From the NCBI GenBank assembly GCA_963749495.1, contig CAVVMW010000021.1, positions 352,001 through 416,000 on the forward strand: DNA of 64,000 nucleotides. Direction: 5' to 3'. Positions within the stretch are counted from its first letter, which is position 1, and every line of letters begins with the position of its first letter. Shown here one piece after another: positions 30,781 through 40,910 of this stretch. Under the pieces are notes generated by a model. It ran no database searches, had not been told where the DNA came from, and saw only the letters and a list, made by a program, of their open reading frames with translations. This DNA is from an uncultured bacterium (GTDB lineage: Bacteria > Verrucomicrobiota > Verrucomicrobiia > Limisphaerales > UBA8199). Made by a program: the position numbers and the translations under genes.

Positions 30781-31554
30781 TCACGCATCACGTTCCCCCT
30801 CCAGCCAGCTCAGCGTCTGCCGCTCGAACTGCCCGGCCCCGACCACCTCCAGGAACCGCTCCTCCAGCGAGCCGTCGCGCCGCAGGGCGTCCATCGCCCC
30901 CTGGTGGACCAGCCGGCCCTGCGCGATGATGCCCACGTGCGTGCAGAGCTTCTCGACGATCTCCAGCACGTGCGAGGTCAGGAACACCGTCGCCCCGCGC
31001 TCGACCGCCCGTTTGAGCGTGTCGCGCAGGATGCGCGAGGCCACGGCGTCCACGCCCTCGAACGGCTCGTCCAGGAAGAGCAGCTCGGGATTGGGCAGCA
31101 GCGCGGCCGCCAGGGCCAGCTTCTTGCGCATCCCGTGCGAGTACTCCAGGGCCAGCTTCTTCTCCTCGCCCTCCAGGCCCATCATCGCCAGCAACTCCCC
31201 CGTCCGCTCCCGCACCGTTGCCGCCGGCAGCAGGAACATTCGCCCGATAAAGGTCAGATACTCGCGCCCCGTCAGGTTCTCGAACAGGCTCAAGTTCTCC
31301 GGCACCACCCCCATCCGCCCTTTGACCGCCCGCGCCTTCTCCGTGTCGGCCAGGTCCTCGCCCAGCAAGCGCATCGTCCCGGAGGTCGGCGCCAACAGCC
31401 CCGTCAGCATCTTGATCGTCGTCGATTTGCCCGCCCCGTTCGGGCCCAGGAAGCCATAAAAGGTCCCGCGCTCGACCTGCAGGTGAATGGCATCCACCGC
31501 GCACAAGCTCCCGAAACGGCGCGTCAGACCGATGGTTTCGATGGCCAGGCTCAT
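30781..31554 (-). CDS. ABC transporter ATP-binding protein
   Basis: GPNGAGKST Walker A, YSHGMRKK signature, LFLDEPF, TSH. Confidence 0.95.
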   Translation of the reverse strand: MSLAIETIGLTRRFGSLCAVDAIHLQVERGTFYGFLGPNGAGKSTTIKMLTGLLAPTSGTMRLLGEDLADTEKARAVKGRMGVVPENLSLFENLTGREYLTFIGRMFLLPAATVRERTGELLAMMGLEGEEKKLALEYSHGMRKKLALAAALLPNPELLFLDEPFEGVDAVASRILRDTLKRAVERGATVFLTSHVLEIVEKLCTHVGIIAQGRLVHQGAMDALRRDGSLEERFLEVVGAGQFERQTLSWLEGERDA

Positions 31555-31798
31555 TTGATGTGTTCGACTGCGCCCAAAGTAGAGGGGCGAGGGGGAAGTG
31601 TCGAGGGCAGAGACGTGAGACGTGAAACGTGAAACGTGAAACGTGAAATTCTGTTGAATAGCCCGCCCTGCCCGGGCAACTATAGTGCCGTGCTCGATTG
31701 TCCCATGGCCAGAGTTCAGCACGCTGCAACCGCCCACGCTGGGTGTTGGGTCTCCGGGCATCATTCATCATTCGTCATTCGTCATTCGTCATTTTGAT

Positions 31799-33607
31799 AT
31801 GAGATATCGCTGGTCGCTGCCGCCCGCTCAACCGGAGCTTGCCGGGCGATTGGCAAGTGAGCTGAAGCTTTCGCCTCTGCTGGCCCAGTGCCTGTTGAAC
31901 CGCGGGGCAGGGGAGCCCGGGGCGGCGCGGCTCTTTCTGGAGCCCCGGCTCAAGGACCTGGCCGACCCATTCAAGCTGCCGAACATGGCGGCGGCCGTGG
32001 AGCGCCTGTTCCAGGCGCGCGAACGGCGCGAGCCGGTTGTCATTTTTGGAGATTATGACGTGGACGGAGTGACCTCGACGGCGCTGCTGCTGGAGGTGCT
32101 GGGCGCGCTGGGCTGGGTGGCCAATCCTTACCTGCCCAACCGGCGCGACGAGGGCTACGGCCTGAGCCGGGACGGCCTCGACAACTGCCTTCGCAAATTC
32201 CCGGCGTCACTCCTGCTCGCGGTGGATTGCGGCTCGACGGCCGTCGAGGCCGTCTCCTGGCTGCGCCAACGCGGTGTGGACGTGATAGTCCTGGACCACC
32301 ACCAGATTGCTTGCCCCGCCCCCGCCGTCACGGCCCTGGTCAACCCTCGGCTTAGAGGTTCAGCGTTTCCCGTTCAGGGTTCAGAGGTTCACGACCTGGA
32401 CATCCTTGAACGGGGAACCCTGAACCCTGAACGGGGAACCTCGGAACCCCCGTCCGAGTTTACCGAACTCTGCTCCGTGGGCCTGGCCTTCAAACTGGCC
32501 CACGCCCTGGTCAAGCGCGGACGCGAATCGGGCCTGCCGGGTGCGGCGGAGTTCGACCTGCGCCCCTTGCTGGACCTGGTTGCCCTGGGCACAGTAGCCG
32601 ACATCGTGCCGCTGGTGGCCGAGAACCGCATCCTGGTGAGCGCGGGCCTCGAGCGGCTCAATGCGACGCGCCGGCCCGGCCTGGTTGCCCTCAAGCAGGT
32701 CGCCCAAAGCCCCCCGATTCTGGGCGTTCACGAGGCCGGCTTCCAGCTCTGCCCGCGGCTCAACGCGGCCGGGCGATTGGAGACGGCCGAGGCGGCGTTG
32801 CGCCTGCTCCTGGCGCGCGACTTGGCCGAGGCGATGCCCCTGGCCCAGGACCTCGACGCCTGCAACCGCCAGCGGCAGCAGATCGAGCGCCAAATCGCCG
32901 AAGAGGCCATCGCCGCCGTGCGCTCCAGGTTCAAGACCGGCGCGGACTTTGTCATCGTCGAAGGCCAGCCGGCCTGGCACATCGGGGTGGTGGGCATCGT
33001 GGCGTCGAGGGTGCTCCAGCGGTTTTATCGCCCCACGATCATCGTCGGCGCCGAGGGCGGCGAGTGGCGCGGCTCCGGGCGGAGCATCGCCGGTTTCGAC
33101 CTGGCGGCCGCCTTGCGGGAGTGCGGCGGCCTGCTCGCGCGCCACGGGGGCCATGCCCTGGCCGCCGGGCTGGCCTTGCCCGCCGCAAATCTCGATGCCC
33201 TGCGCGCTCGCCTCAATGACTTGGCCCGGCAGGCCCTCAAGCCCGAGGACTTGCAGCCCTCCTTGTGCCTGGATGCCCAGGTGGGCCTGGGCGAGGTCAC
33301 CCCGCCTGCCCTCGAGGAACTGGCCCGCTTGAAACCCACCGGCCCAGGCAATCTCCCAGTCCAACTCCTAGCCCCCAACCTCGCCCTCCGCGGGCCCCTC
33401 CAATGGATGGGCGCCCAAAAACGGCATCTCAAAATCTGGGTCACCGACGGACACGCCACCCTCGAGGCCGTCTGGTGGGGGGCTGCCGACGAGACCTTGC
33501 CTGGCGAGAGCTTCGACCTCGCATTCAGCCCGCAATTCAACACTTACAATGGCCGCCGCTCGGTCCAACTCAAGGTCTTGGACTGGCGCCCCGCCCAGAA
33601 AGGCTAA
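31799..33607 (+). CDS. recJ: Single-stranded-DNA-specific exonuclease RecJ
   Basis: GDYDVDG, EGYGL, VDCG, DHH, LGTVAD, PRLNAAGRL, RGSGRS, GGHALAAG. Confidence 0.95.
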   Translation: MRYRWSLPPAQPELAGRLASELKLSPLLAQCLLNRGAGEPGAARLFLEPRLKDLADPFKLPNMAAAVERLFQARERREPVVIFGDYDVDGVTSTALLLEVLGALGWVANPYLPNRRDEGYGLSRDGLDNCLRKFPASLLLAVDCGSTAVEAVSWLRQRGVDVIVLDHHQIACPAPAVTALVNPRLRGSAFPVQGSEVHDLDILERGTLNPERGTSEPPSEFTELCSVGLAFKLAHALVKRGRESGLPGAAEFDLRPLLDLVALGTVADIVPLVAENRILVSAGLERLNATRRPGLVALKQVAQSPPILGVHEAGFQLCPRLNAAGRLETAEAALRLLLARDLAEAMPLAQDLDACNRQRQQIERQIAEEAIAAVRSRFKTGADFVIVEGQPAWHIGVVGIVASRVLQRFYRPTIIVGAEGGEWRGSGRSIAGFDLAAALRECGGLLARHGGHALAAGLALPAANLDALRARLNDLARQALKPEDLQPSLCLDAQVGLGEVTPPALEELARLKPTGPGNLPVQLLAPNLALRGPLQWMGAQKRHLKIWVTDGHATLEAVWWGAADETLPGESFDLAFSPQFNTYNGRRSVQLKVLDWRPAQKG

Positions 33608-33796
33608 AGGCTGAAGGCTAAAGGCTAAATCGAGTGCGGAATGCGGAGTGCGGAGTGCGGAATGCCGAACGGCAAGCGCCCAGCTCAGGGCTCTCATCGT
33701 GGACCGTGGGCTGTGGACTGCACGATCTGAAATCTGGGATTTGGGATCTGAAATCTGATCCGGGGACTGTGGACTGTGGACTGTGGACTGTGGACT
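33601..33796. repeat. Stack of four heptamer repeat families between recJ and ispD (GGCTAAA, GGAGTGC, GATCTGA-type, GTGGACT)
   Basis: Directly visible tandem arrays of 3-5 units each. Confidence 0.85.
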
Positions 33797-33800
33797 AACC

Positions 33801-34484
33801 ATGACCTCCGCCATCATCGTCGCGGCCGGCAAGGGTACCCGTATGGGACCCGGCGTGGACAAGCTTTTCCTGGAGTTGAGCGGATGCCCGCTGGTCGGGC
33901 ACACCTGGCGGCGATTCGACCAGGCCGATTGCATTGACGAAATCCTGATGGTCGTTCGGGATGGGGTGCAGGCCGCCTTCGCGCGGTTGGCCAGAGAGCA
34001 GGGGTTTAAGAAGCCGTTTCGCCTGGTCGCCGGCGGCAAGGAACGTCAGGATTCGGTGTGGAACGGCTTATGTGCGCTCGCCGCCGGCGCCGAGATCGTG
34101 GCGGTCCAGGATGCGGCGCGGCCCTGCACGGGTCCTGCCCTGATTGCGGCGACCATCGAGGCTGCGCGCCAAGTCGGCGCTGCCGTGGCCGCCCAGCCCA
34201 TCACCGATACTATCAAGGAATCCGGCGACGGACAGTTGATTGAACGCACCCTGGACCGCTCCCGCCTCTGGGCGGTCCAGACCCCGCAGACCTTCCGCGT
34301 CGAGGTTCTCCGCCGCGCCCTGGCCCTGGTCCGCCAGCGCGGCTTGCTCGTGACCGACGATACCGCCGCCTGCGAACTGATCGGCCAGCCCGTAAGGCTC
34401 GTCGTGAGCAACCTCCCCAATCCCAAGGTCACACGACCCCAGGACGTGCCCTATGTGGAACTGCTGCTCCGGCAGGCAGGGTGA
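33801..34484 (+). CDS. ispD: 2-C-methyl-D-erythritol 4-phosphate cytidylyltransferase
   Basis: AAGKGTRM..DKLF, GGKERQDSV, QDAARP, QTPQTF, VTDD, NPKVT. Confidence 0.95.
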   Translation: MTSAIIVAAGKGTRMGPGVDKLFLELSGCPLVGHTWRRFDQADCIDEILMVVRDGVQAAFARLAREQGFKKPFRLVAGGKERQDSVWNGLCALAAGAEIVAVQDAARPCTGPALIAATIEAARQVGAAVAAQPITDTIKESGDGQLIERTLDRSRLWAVQTPQTFRVEVLRRALALVRQRGLLVTDDTAACELIGQPVRLVVSNLPNPKVTRPQDVPYVELLLRQAG

Positions 34485-34546
34485 ATTTTCCTTGCAGGCC
34501 GCACCTGCCGGCTTAGTCTGGTCCTCGTGCGCTGCCATCTGCTAAC

Positions 34547-34690
34547 TGGAGCCTATCGCAAACGCCCCGCGAGTGGGGGACCTTTGTCGCGGCCTTTGTC
34601 GAAACCTTTGTCGGATTGGCCCTTTTCGACAAAGGCGCCGACAAAGGCTGCGAAAAAGGTCCTGAACCAGAGCTTTTGGGACAGGCTCTA
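34547..34690. mobile_element. MITE-like element: imperfect TIR (TAGAGCCTGTCCCAAAA) around the CTTTGTCG/CGACAAAG palindromic core
   Basis: Right end TTTTGGGACAGGCTCTA, left end GGAGCCTATCGCAAA; inverted copy at 40911-41047. Confidence 0.6.
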
Positions 34691-34707
34691 ACCACCAGTT
34701 GAACAAA

Positions 34708-35436
34708 ATGAACCTCCCCTTCTTCTGCGGAACCGTGGTCTGCCTATCGAGTTTGGCCGTCACGGCCTCGGGCCAGTCTGCCGCCTCCTCGCCGCAGATG
34801 GCCAAGCACTTCGAGGCCAAAATCGCCACTACCGTCAGACTCGACTACCTCCTCTTCCTGCCCAAGGGCTACGAAAACTCTGACAAACGCTGGCCCTTGA
34901 TGCTCTTCCTGCACGGGGCCGGCGAATCGGGCAGCGACCTCGACAAGGTCAAGATCCATGGCCCGCCCAAGCTCGTCGAGTCCAAGCCCGATTTCCCCTT
35001 CATCCTCGTCTCGCCCCAAAGTCCCGGCAGGGGCTGGAATGCCGATGCGCTTAACGGCCTCCTGGACGAGGTCATGCGCCAATACCGCGTTGACCCGGAC
35101 CGCGTCTATCTGACCGGGCTGAGCATGGGCGGCTATGGGACTTGGACGCTGGCGGCAGCCCACCCGGAGAAGTTCGCCGCCATCGTGCCCATCTGCGGCG
35201 GCGGCAACCCCGGCGACGCCCCCAAACTGGCGCGCCTGCCCATCTGGGTCTTTCACGGCGCCAAAGACCTGACCGTGCCGCAGGAGCGCTCCAAGGAAAT
35301 GGTCCAGGCCATCCAGGCCGCCGGAGGCAATCCCAAGCTTACCGTCTATCCCAAGGCCGGCCACGACTCCTGGACCCAAACCTACGACAATCCCAACCTC
35401 TATCAGTGGCTGCTGCAACAGAAGCGAAAACCGTGA
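34708..35436 (+). CDS. Secreted alpha/beta hydrolase (predicted peptidase/carboxylesterase)
   Basis: LFLHGAGE, YLTGLSMGGYG, VFHGAKD, GHDSW. Confidence 0.9.
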   Translation: MNLPFFCGTVVCLSSLAVTASGQSAASSPQMAKHFEAKIATTVRLDYLLFLPKGYENSDKRWPLMLFLHGAGESGSDLDKVKIHGPPKLVESKPDFPFILVSPQSPGRGWNADALNGLLDEVMRQYRVDPDRVYLTGLSMGGYGTWTLAAAHPEKFAAIVPICGGGNPGDAPKLARLPIWVFHGAKDLTVPQERSKEMVQAIQAAGGNPKLTVYPKAGHDSWTQTYDNPNLYQWLLQQKRKP

Positions 35437-35484
35437 CGGCTGGTTTTCTTTGACAGGGGCCTGCGGTATTGTTAGTTAACCAGG

Positions 35485-36024
35485 ATGCAAGAGTCTGGTC
35501 GTTGGAACAAAGGGAACCTGGAGATGAGGCGGGCGCCGCTTCGTGGTCCGATCACCAAGCGCAGCGCGGCATTTTGGATTGCGAGATTGCTTTACCTGGA
35601 AGCAGCGGACAAGCACGCGCCAATCCTTATCGAGTTGGATTCACCCGGAGGTTCGGCAGCCGATTCGCTCCCGGCCATTCAGGTGCTGGAGAAGCTCTCC
35701 TGCCCGGTCGCCGTGTTCTGTCGCGGAACCGTCGGGGGAACGGCTCTCTCGATAGCCGCCCACGGCTCCAAGGGGTACAGGGCAGCCGCGCCGGGCACGC
35801 GCTTCCTGTTCACGGCCATGGCCGGCGAGTCCGCCTCCGGCGCAGCCAGGGCGCCCGAGGCAAACCCGGATCGATTGATCGATGGCCTGGCCAAGGCGGC
35901 CGGCCGGCAGGTCTCCGAGGTGACCCAATGGCTGGGCAGTAGCGCCGAATTCGACGCCCAGCAGGCGGCCGAGCGCGGCCTGATCGATACGGTCTCCGCC
36001 AAACCGGTCTTCCCGGGCAAATAG
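35485..36024 (+). CDS. ClpP-like protein lacking the catalytic triad
   Basis: IARLLYLE, DSPGGS, G.KG.R, AQQAAERGLIDTV; the AASM and MIHQP motifs are replaced. Confidence 0.7.
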   Translation: MQESGRWNKGNLEMRRAPLRGPITKRSAAFWIARLLYLEAADKHAPILIELDSPGGSAADSLPAIQVLEKLSCPVAVFCRGTVGGTALSIAAHGSKGYRAAAPGTRFLFTAMAGESASGAARAPEANPDRLIDGLAKAAGRQVSEVTQWLGSSAEFDAQQAAERGLIDTVSAKPVFPGK

Positions 36025-36042
36025 CGGCGGGAGTCCGGAGAT

Positions 36043-36105
36043 GGCAGAAAAATGGGGGCAGAAAGATGAGGTTATATCTTATCTTTCTGCCCCCATTTTT
36101 CTGCC
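36043..36105. repeat. Perfect 25-bp inverted repeat (GGCAGAAAAATGGGGGCAGAAAGAT) between convergent genes; likely terminator-like
   Basis: Arms 36043-36067 and 36081-36105; related motifs at 28732-28775, 28851-28866, 54726-54745. Confidence 0.85.
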
Positions 36106-37218
36106 TGCTTTGGATTTAGGATTTCGGGTTTCAGATTCCTCTGTTCATAGTACCGCTTAAAGCGCCTGGTCTCGAAGGTCTGGAGTTTGTCGCCCGGGTT
36201 GCGCATCAGGCGGGCGGCGGCGCCCCGGGCCGCCTCGACCAGTCTGAAGCCCTTGCCCGGTCCCAGGACGCAGACGACTTTGGTCAGGCTGTCGGCCGTG
36301 ATGCCGCGCGGGGCGATGACGTTGACCAGGGCATGGTTGGTCAGGCCGATGCCGGTGCGCGGGTCCAGGATGTGCGAATAGCGGACGCCATCGATCTCGA
36401 GGCGCTGGTAGAGGTCGCTCGATGTGGAGATGGCGGCGTTGTTGAGCAACAGGAACCGGGCCGGCGGGGCGTTCGAGAACGTCCAGGAGCGCCAGTTGGA
36501 TGCGCCAGGCGGATTTGCCGGGCGGCGGGTTGCCCACCGCCACGTCGCCTCCGCCCTCGATCAGCGCCCGGTCCATGCCCAGCCCTTTCAAGGTGCGGAG
36601 GGCCTCGTCCACCGCGTAGCCCTTGCCGATGCCACCCAGGTCCAGCCGCATGTCCGGTGCCAGCAACTCGACGGCCCGGCGCTTGGGATTGAGCCGGACC
36701 AGGCGATAGCCGACGGCCTTGCGCGCTTGGGCCAGGCGGGCGGGATCGGGCAGTTCGTGGCGGCGCCGCGCCCGCCGCCACAGGTTGACGCAGGGCCCGA
36801 CCGTGATGTCGAAGGCCCCGCCGCTCTGTTGGGCCAGGGCCTGTGCGCGCTCCAGGACGAACCAAAGGTCGGCGCTCACGGGGACCTCGAGCCCCTGGCC
36901 GGAGGTGCGGGAGAGTTTGCTGAGTTCGCTCTCGGCATCATAATCGCTCATGATGTCGTTAAGCTCCTGGATGCGCCGGAAGGCCGCCTCGGCTGCCCGG
37001 CTGGCGCCGGCGGGGTCGGGCGCGTAGAGCACGATGCGGAAGGGCACGCCCATCTCCGGCCGCTCGAACTCAAAACGGGCCAGGACAGGGGTGTCCCGCG
37101 GCACCGAGGCGCAGGACGCCGCCGCCAGCCAGAGCGCCGGCAAGAGCCCGGGGCGCGCCCGCCGGAGGCAGGCCCAATGACCGCCCCGCGCAATCGTCCT
37201 CAGAAAAGCCAGTAGCAC
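36072..37218 (-). CDS. apbE: FAD:protein FMN transferase (ApbE) lipoprotein, apparent frameshift near 36480; start uncertain
   Basis: LAAASC lipobox, EMG, SGGAFDITVGP, LDLGGIGKGYAVD, AISTS, YSHILDPRTG, ADSLT. Confidence 0.85.
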
Positions 37219-37261
37219 GCCCCAGTTTAGGGGCCGGGGCCGGGTTTTGTAAACAGCCGGC

Positions 37262-37594
37262 TCACTGCCGGTCGTGGTAGGGATTGCCGCCGCCCTGCCC
37301 GCCGCGATAGCCGCCGCCACCACCACCGCCCGCCTGAGGCCGTTCCTCGCGCGGACGGGCCTCGTTCACCGTCAGCGAGCGGCCCTGGAAGTCCTTGCGA
37401 TGAAACATGGTGATGGCCTTCGTGGCGTCTTCCTGCGAGCTCATCTCAACAAAAGCGAAGCCTCGTGAGCGCCCCGTCGCCCGATCCTGCATGATATTGA
37501 CCGCCACCACTGCCCCAGCTTGCGCGAAATAATCCTGCAGGTCGTTCTCGGTGGTTGTGAAGGGTATGTTCCCCACGAATAATCTGGCTGCCAT
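37262..37594 (-). CDS. RRM RNA-binding protein with Gly-rich tail
   Basis: LFVGNIPF (RNP2), RGFAFVEM (RNP1), LTVNEARPRE. Confidence 0.95.
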   Translation of the reverse strand: MAARLFVGNIPFTTTENDLQDYFAQAGAVVAVNIMQDRATGRSRGFAFVEMSSQEDATKAITMFHRKDFQGRSLTVNEARPREERPQAGGGGGGGYRGGQGGGNPYHDRQ

Positions 37595-37780
37595 AATTGT
37601 TCCAAATGTCTCCGCTGCTCGGGCTGGTGAACGTTCCTGTTCCGAAGGTCTCAAATCGTCTGCTCTAAAAGCACGAAAGACAATTTCCGCATCACCTAGT
37701 CTCTGCTGCTGAATTGGTCTAAATAAAGGACAATTCGCCCCAATAGACAAGAAAATAATTAGGCTCCGGTTGCGACCGGA

Positions 37781-37911
37781 GTGCATCCCGACACTGCCCC
37801 CGGAGCGCGCCCGTCCCCGGGCGCAGCAGCGACGGAGCGGTCAGGCGCGCCGGAGTAATTGACCGCTGCCCTGGGTGCGGCCGTCGCTGCGCCCGGGGAC
37901 GGGCGCACTCC
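37781..37911. repeat. Palindrome family D, copy 2
   Basis: Matches 23275-23448. Confidence 0.85.
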
Positions 37912-38061
37912 CTTCTGGCCGCGGCCAGTGGGAGCGCGCCTGGCCTCGGGCTGAAAGCCCGGAATGTGACAGCCTGGGCTGGAGCGAGCTTGCGAGCGGA
38001 GGCCCAGGTCACCGGGCCATAACTGCTGTGCGCCCTGTAGGGGCACTATAAGGTGCCGTCC

Positions 38062-38797
38062 TTACAGGCCCGGGGTTCTTTGAGGGGCGGAGGCTCGGGC
38101 CGCCTCCTCCGCGGCGGCAACCAGGGCCACGAACTCGCCCTTGAGTGAGCGGCGGGCAACGGCCTCGATGAGCTGGGCGGGGCGGCCGCGCAGGTACTCC
38201 TCGAATTTCTTGGTCAGTTCGCGGGCCAAAACGACCTGGCGCTCGGGAAAGACCTCCCGCAGCTCGGCCAGGAGCCGCTCGATCCGGTGAGGCGACTCGT
38301 AAAGCACGAGCGTTCCGGGCACGGCCTGGAGTTGCTGCAGCCGCTTGCGGCGCTGGCCCGATTTGTGGGGCAGGAAGCCCAGGAAATGGAATTCGCCGGT
38401 GGGCAGGCCGCTCGCAGTGAGGGCCGCGACCAGCGCGCTGGGGCCGGGCACAGGCTCGACGCGCAAGCCGGCCGCGACGGCGGCCCGCACCACGCGCTCG
38501 CCCGGGTCACTGATGCCGGGACTGCCCGCGTCGGTGACCAGGGCGACTTTCTGACCCCGCCGCAGACGTTCCAGGAGTTCTTCGCTCCGCCTGGCCTCGT
38601 TGAACTGGAAGCAGCTCAGCAAGGGCTTGGAGATTCTCGAAATGCCGCAGCAGTTGTCCCGTGCGGCGGGTGTCCTCGGCGGCCACAACATCGCACTCCT
38701 TCAAGGTGCGCAAGGCGCGCAGGGTGATGTCCTCGAGGTTGCCGATGGGTGTGGCGACCAAATAGAGGGTGCCGGGGATTAGGGCAGGGGGGGGCAT
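38062..38797 (-). CDS. rsmI: 16S rRNA (cytidine1402-2'-O)-methyltransferase, apparent frameshift near 38640
   Basis: [60 protein letters not shown]. Confidence 0.92.
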
Positions 38798-38911
38798 GGG
38801 GGAGGGGATGAATGACGAATGACGAATGACGAATGACGAACGTGAAACGTGAAAGGTGAAACGGATGACGGGTGATGATGGGGGCGCATCGGCACCGGGC
38901 TCCGGGCAGAT

Positions 38912-39397
38912 TCACCCCTGAGTGCCTCCGGTCAGGCGGTGCCAGGCGGCGAGGTATTTCTGGAGGCGCTGGGCATCTGCGGCGGTCATCTTGTTGAAGC
39001 GGCGCACGTCCAGGTTGTCCTCGAAATCGGCAATCTTCACCCGGCGGGCGAGCGGGTTGGCGGCGCAACGCTCGATTAGGGCCGGGTACGGCTCACCCGG
39101 GCGCTTAGTCAGGCAATCGACGGCCTGGATGATCTCCCGGGGAAACCCCTCGCGCTCCAGGCCGGCAAAGGTTCACCGGGTGTCCTCGACGACATCGTGG
39201 AGCACGGCGACGGTCTTTTGGGCAGTCATCTCGACGCGGGCCATCACGCGCAGGGGATGGAGGACATACGGTGCGCCATAGCGGTCCTGCTGGCCGCGGT
39301 GGGCTTCGACGGCGATGGCGATGGCTTTTTCCAGAAGGACCGGCTCGGCGGCCTGCTCCTGCCTGGCCGATTTGGACTGCGTTGCGCTCGACTTCAT
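38912..39397 (-). CDS. HD-domain (p)ppGpp-hydrolase-like small protein with in-frame TGA at 39173-39175
   Basis: AH.GQ.DR.G.PY..HPLRV, LHDVVEDTR*TFAGLEREGF, VDCLTKR.GE.Y, VKIADFEDN, all in one frame. Confidence 0.75.
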
Positions 39398-39742
39398 AGC
39401 TGGCGGTTCTTCAAACCCGCTTGACGTGACTCAAGGTCGAGTGAACCATAAATCGCGCGGTTGACAAGCTAATGGAATGACGAATGACGAATGACGAATG
39501 ACGAAGGCGAAACGTGAAACGTGAAAACGAATGACGAATGACGGATCCTCGGTCTTTGGTCATTCGTCATTCGTCATTCGTCATTCGTCATTCCGTACTT
39601 TACCCGTCGCCCGGTGCGTAATCTCCGGGCTTGTTGCAGGGCAGGGCAGGGGGAATAATCTCAATGACTTTAATGTGATGAACCCAGTGCGCACAGGGGA
39701 GATCACGATGACCGGGTCCGGGCGGCTCCGGCGGGCTGGGCC

Positions 39743-40345
39743 TTGAGCCGCCTCCTGTCCGGGGGACCAGGGCGCCGCGACAATGCCTTGTATCGCCTGC
39801 TGCAGTGCCTGGCTATGGCGCCATTGGCGGCGGCCAGTTACCTCTTCATCAGCGGTTTCATCTTCCAGTCCGTCCAGATCGTCGGCCGGAGCATGGCGCC
39901 GACTCTGCAGGACTCCCGGCGCTACCTCTTCAATCGCTTGGTTTTCCACATCCGAGGCCCCCGGCGCGATGACATCGTCGTGATTCGCGACCCGGCCGAC
40001 CGGCGCCTTTCCGTCAAGCGCATTATCGCTCTGGCGGGGGATTCGGTCTATTTGAAGGATGGAAGCGTGTATGTGAACGGCCGCAAGCTCCAGGAACCTT
40101 ATCTGCCCGCCGGCACGCCGACCTTTCCGGAGGGCAAGCTCGCCGAACAATGGCTCAGGTGCGGCCAGGACCAGTACATCGTCCTGGGCGACAACCGCAA
40201 GGACTCCGCCGATAGCCGCAGTTACGGGCCCGTATCCCGCCGCGATGTTCTCGGGCTGATCGAAGTCCACAGTCCAGAGTCCACAGTCCAGAGTCCACAG
40301 TCCACAGTCCAGAGTCCGGATACCAGAGTACAGAATGATGAATGA
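39743..40345 (+). CDS. lepB: Signal peptidase I (start uncertain)
   Basis: GRSMAPTL (Ser), VKRIIALAGD (Lys), VLGDNR..S.DSRSYG. Confidence 0.85.
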   Translation: MSRLLSGGPGRRDNALYRLLQCLAMAPLAAASYLFISGFIFQSVQIVGRSMAPTLQDSRRYLFNRLVFHIRGPRRDDIVVIRDPADRRLSVKRIIALAGDSVYLKDGSVYVNGRKLQEPYLPAGTPTFPEGKLAEQWLRCGQDQYIVLGDNRKDSADSRSYGPVSRRDVLGLIEVHSPESTVQSPQSTVQSPDTRVQNDE

Positions 40346-40586
40346 CGAATGACGAATGACGAATCCTTGGTCTTTGGTCATTCGTCATTCGTCATTCGTC
40401 ATTCGTCATTCCATCCCCCGCTCTCCGTCTCCCTTCCTCGGAAGGATTCCGCCTTGCTTTTTCCTGTTGCGCACGGCGGGCGATCAGCTAGGATAGCGCC
40501 CATGCACCCAACCACCCCATCGAGGTCGAGATGAACCGAGCGGGGTTGCGGGCCGGGGACCGTGATTGCGATGCACTGTGCAGCGT

Positions 40587-40837
40587 ATGCGGATACTCCT
40601 TCAGCACAAAGAAACGGGCCTTTACCTCAAAGGTCCCGGTGCCTGGGCGCGCAATAGCGTCGAAGCCGCTGATTTCGTCAGTTCCGCGGCGGCCATCGAG
40701 TATTGCGCGCGAGAGAAACTGGCCGACGTACAACTGGTCTTGAAATTCGAAAGGAGAGGTACGACATTGTACTGCCTTTCCAGGTCTGTGCGCAGTTGTC
40801 CGGTGTGCGGCCGGCGTTCTCCACCCAGGGCACATGA
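40587..40837 (+). CDS. Small hypothetical protein (MRILLQ...GLY...W...DF.SS...VQLVLKF), probable frameshift near 40750
   Basis: Protein-like composition; alternate frame gives RYDIVLPF...* at 40837; uncorrected ORF ends at 40913. Confidence 0.45.
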
Positions 40838-40910
40838 CGGCCGGACATGGCCGCCGGTCGGCACGCCGGGCGTTGGGCGCCCTGCGGGCGCGACTGGCGC
40901 CGTGTGTATT

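Noticed and set aside
39173..39175. Selenocysteine or genetic code 4 at the in-frame TGA
   Set aside because: The position appears to align with Trp rather than Cys, and TGA terminates many genes normally in this window
1285..40412. CATTCGT arrays and CTTTGTCG arrays as CRISPR repeats
   Set aside because: Units are 7 or 12 bp with no unique 25-45 bp spacers, and no cas genes are present
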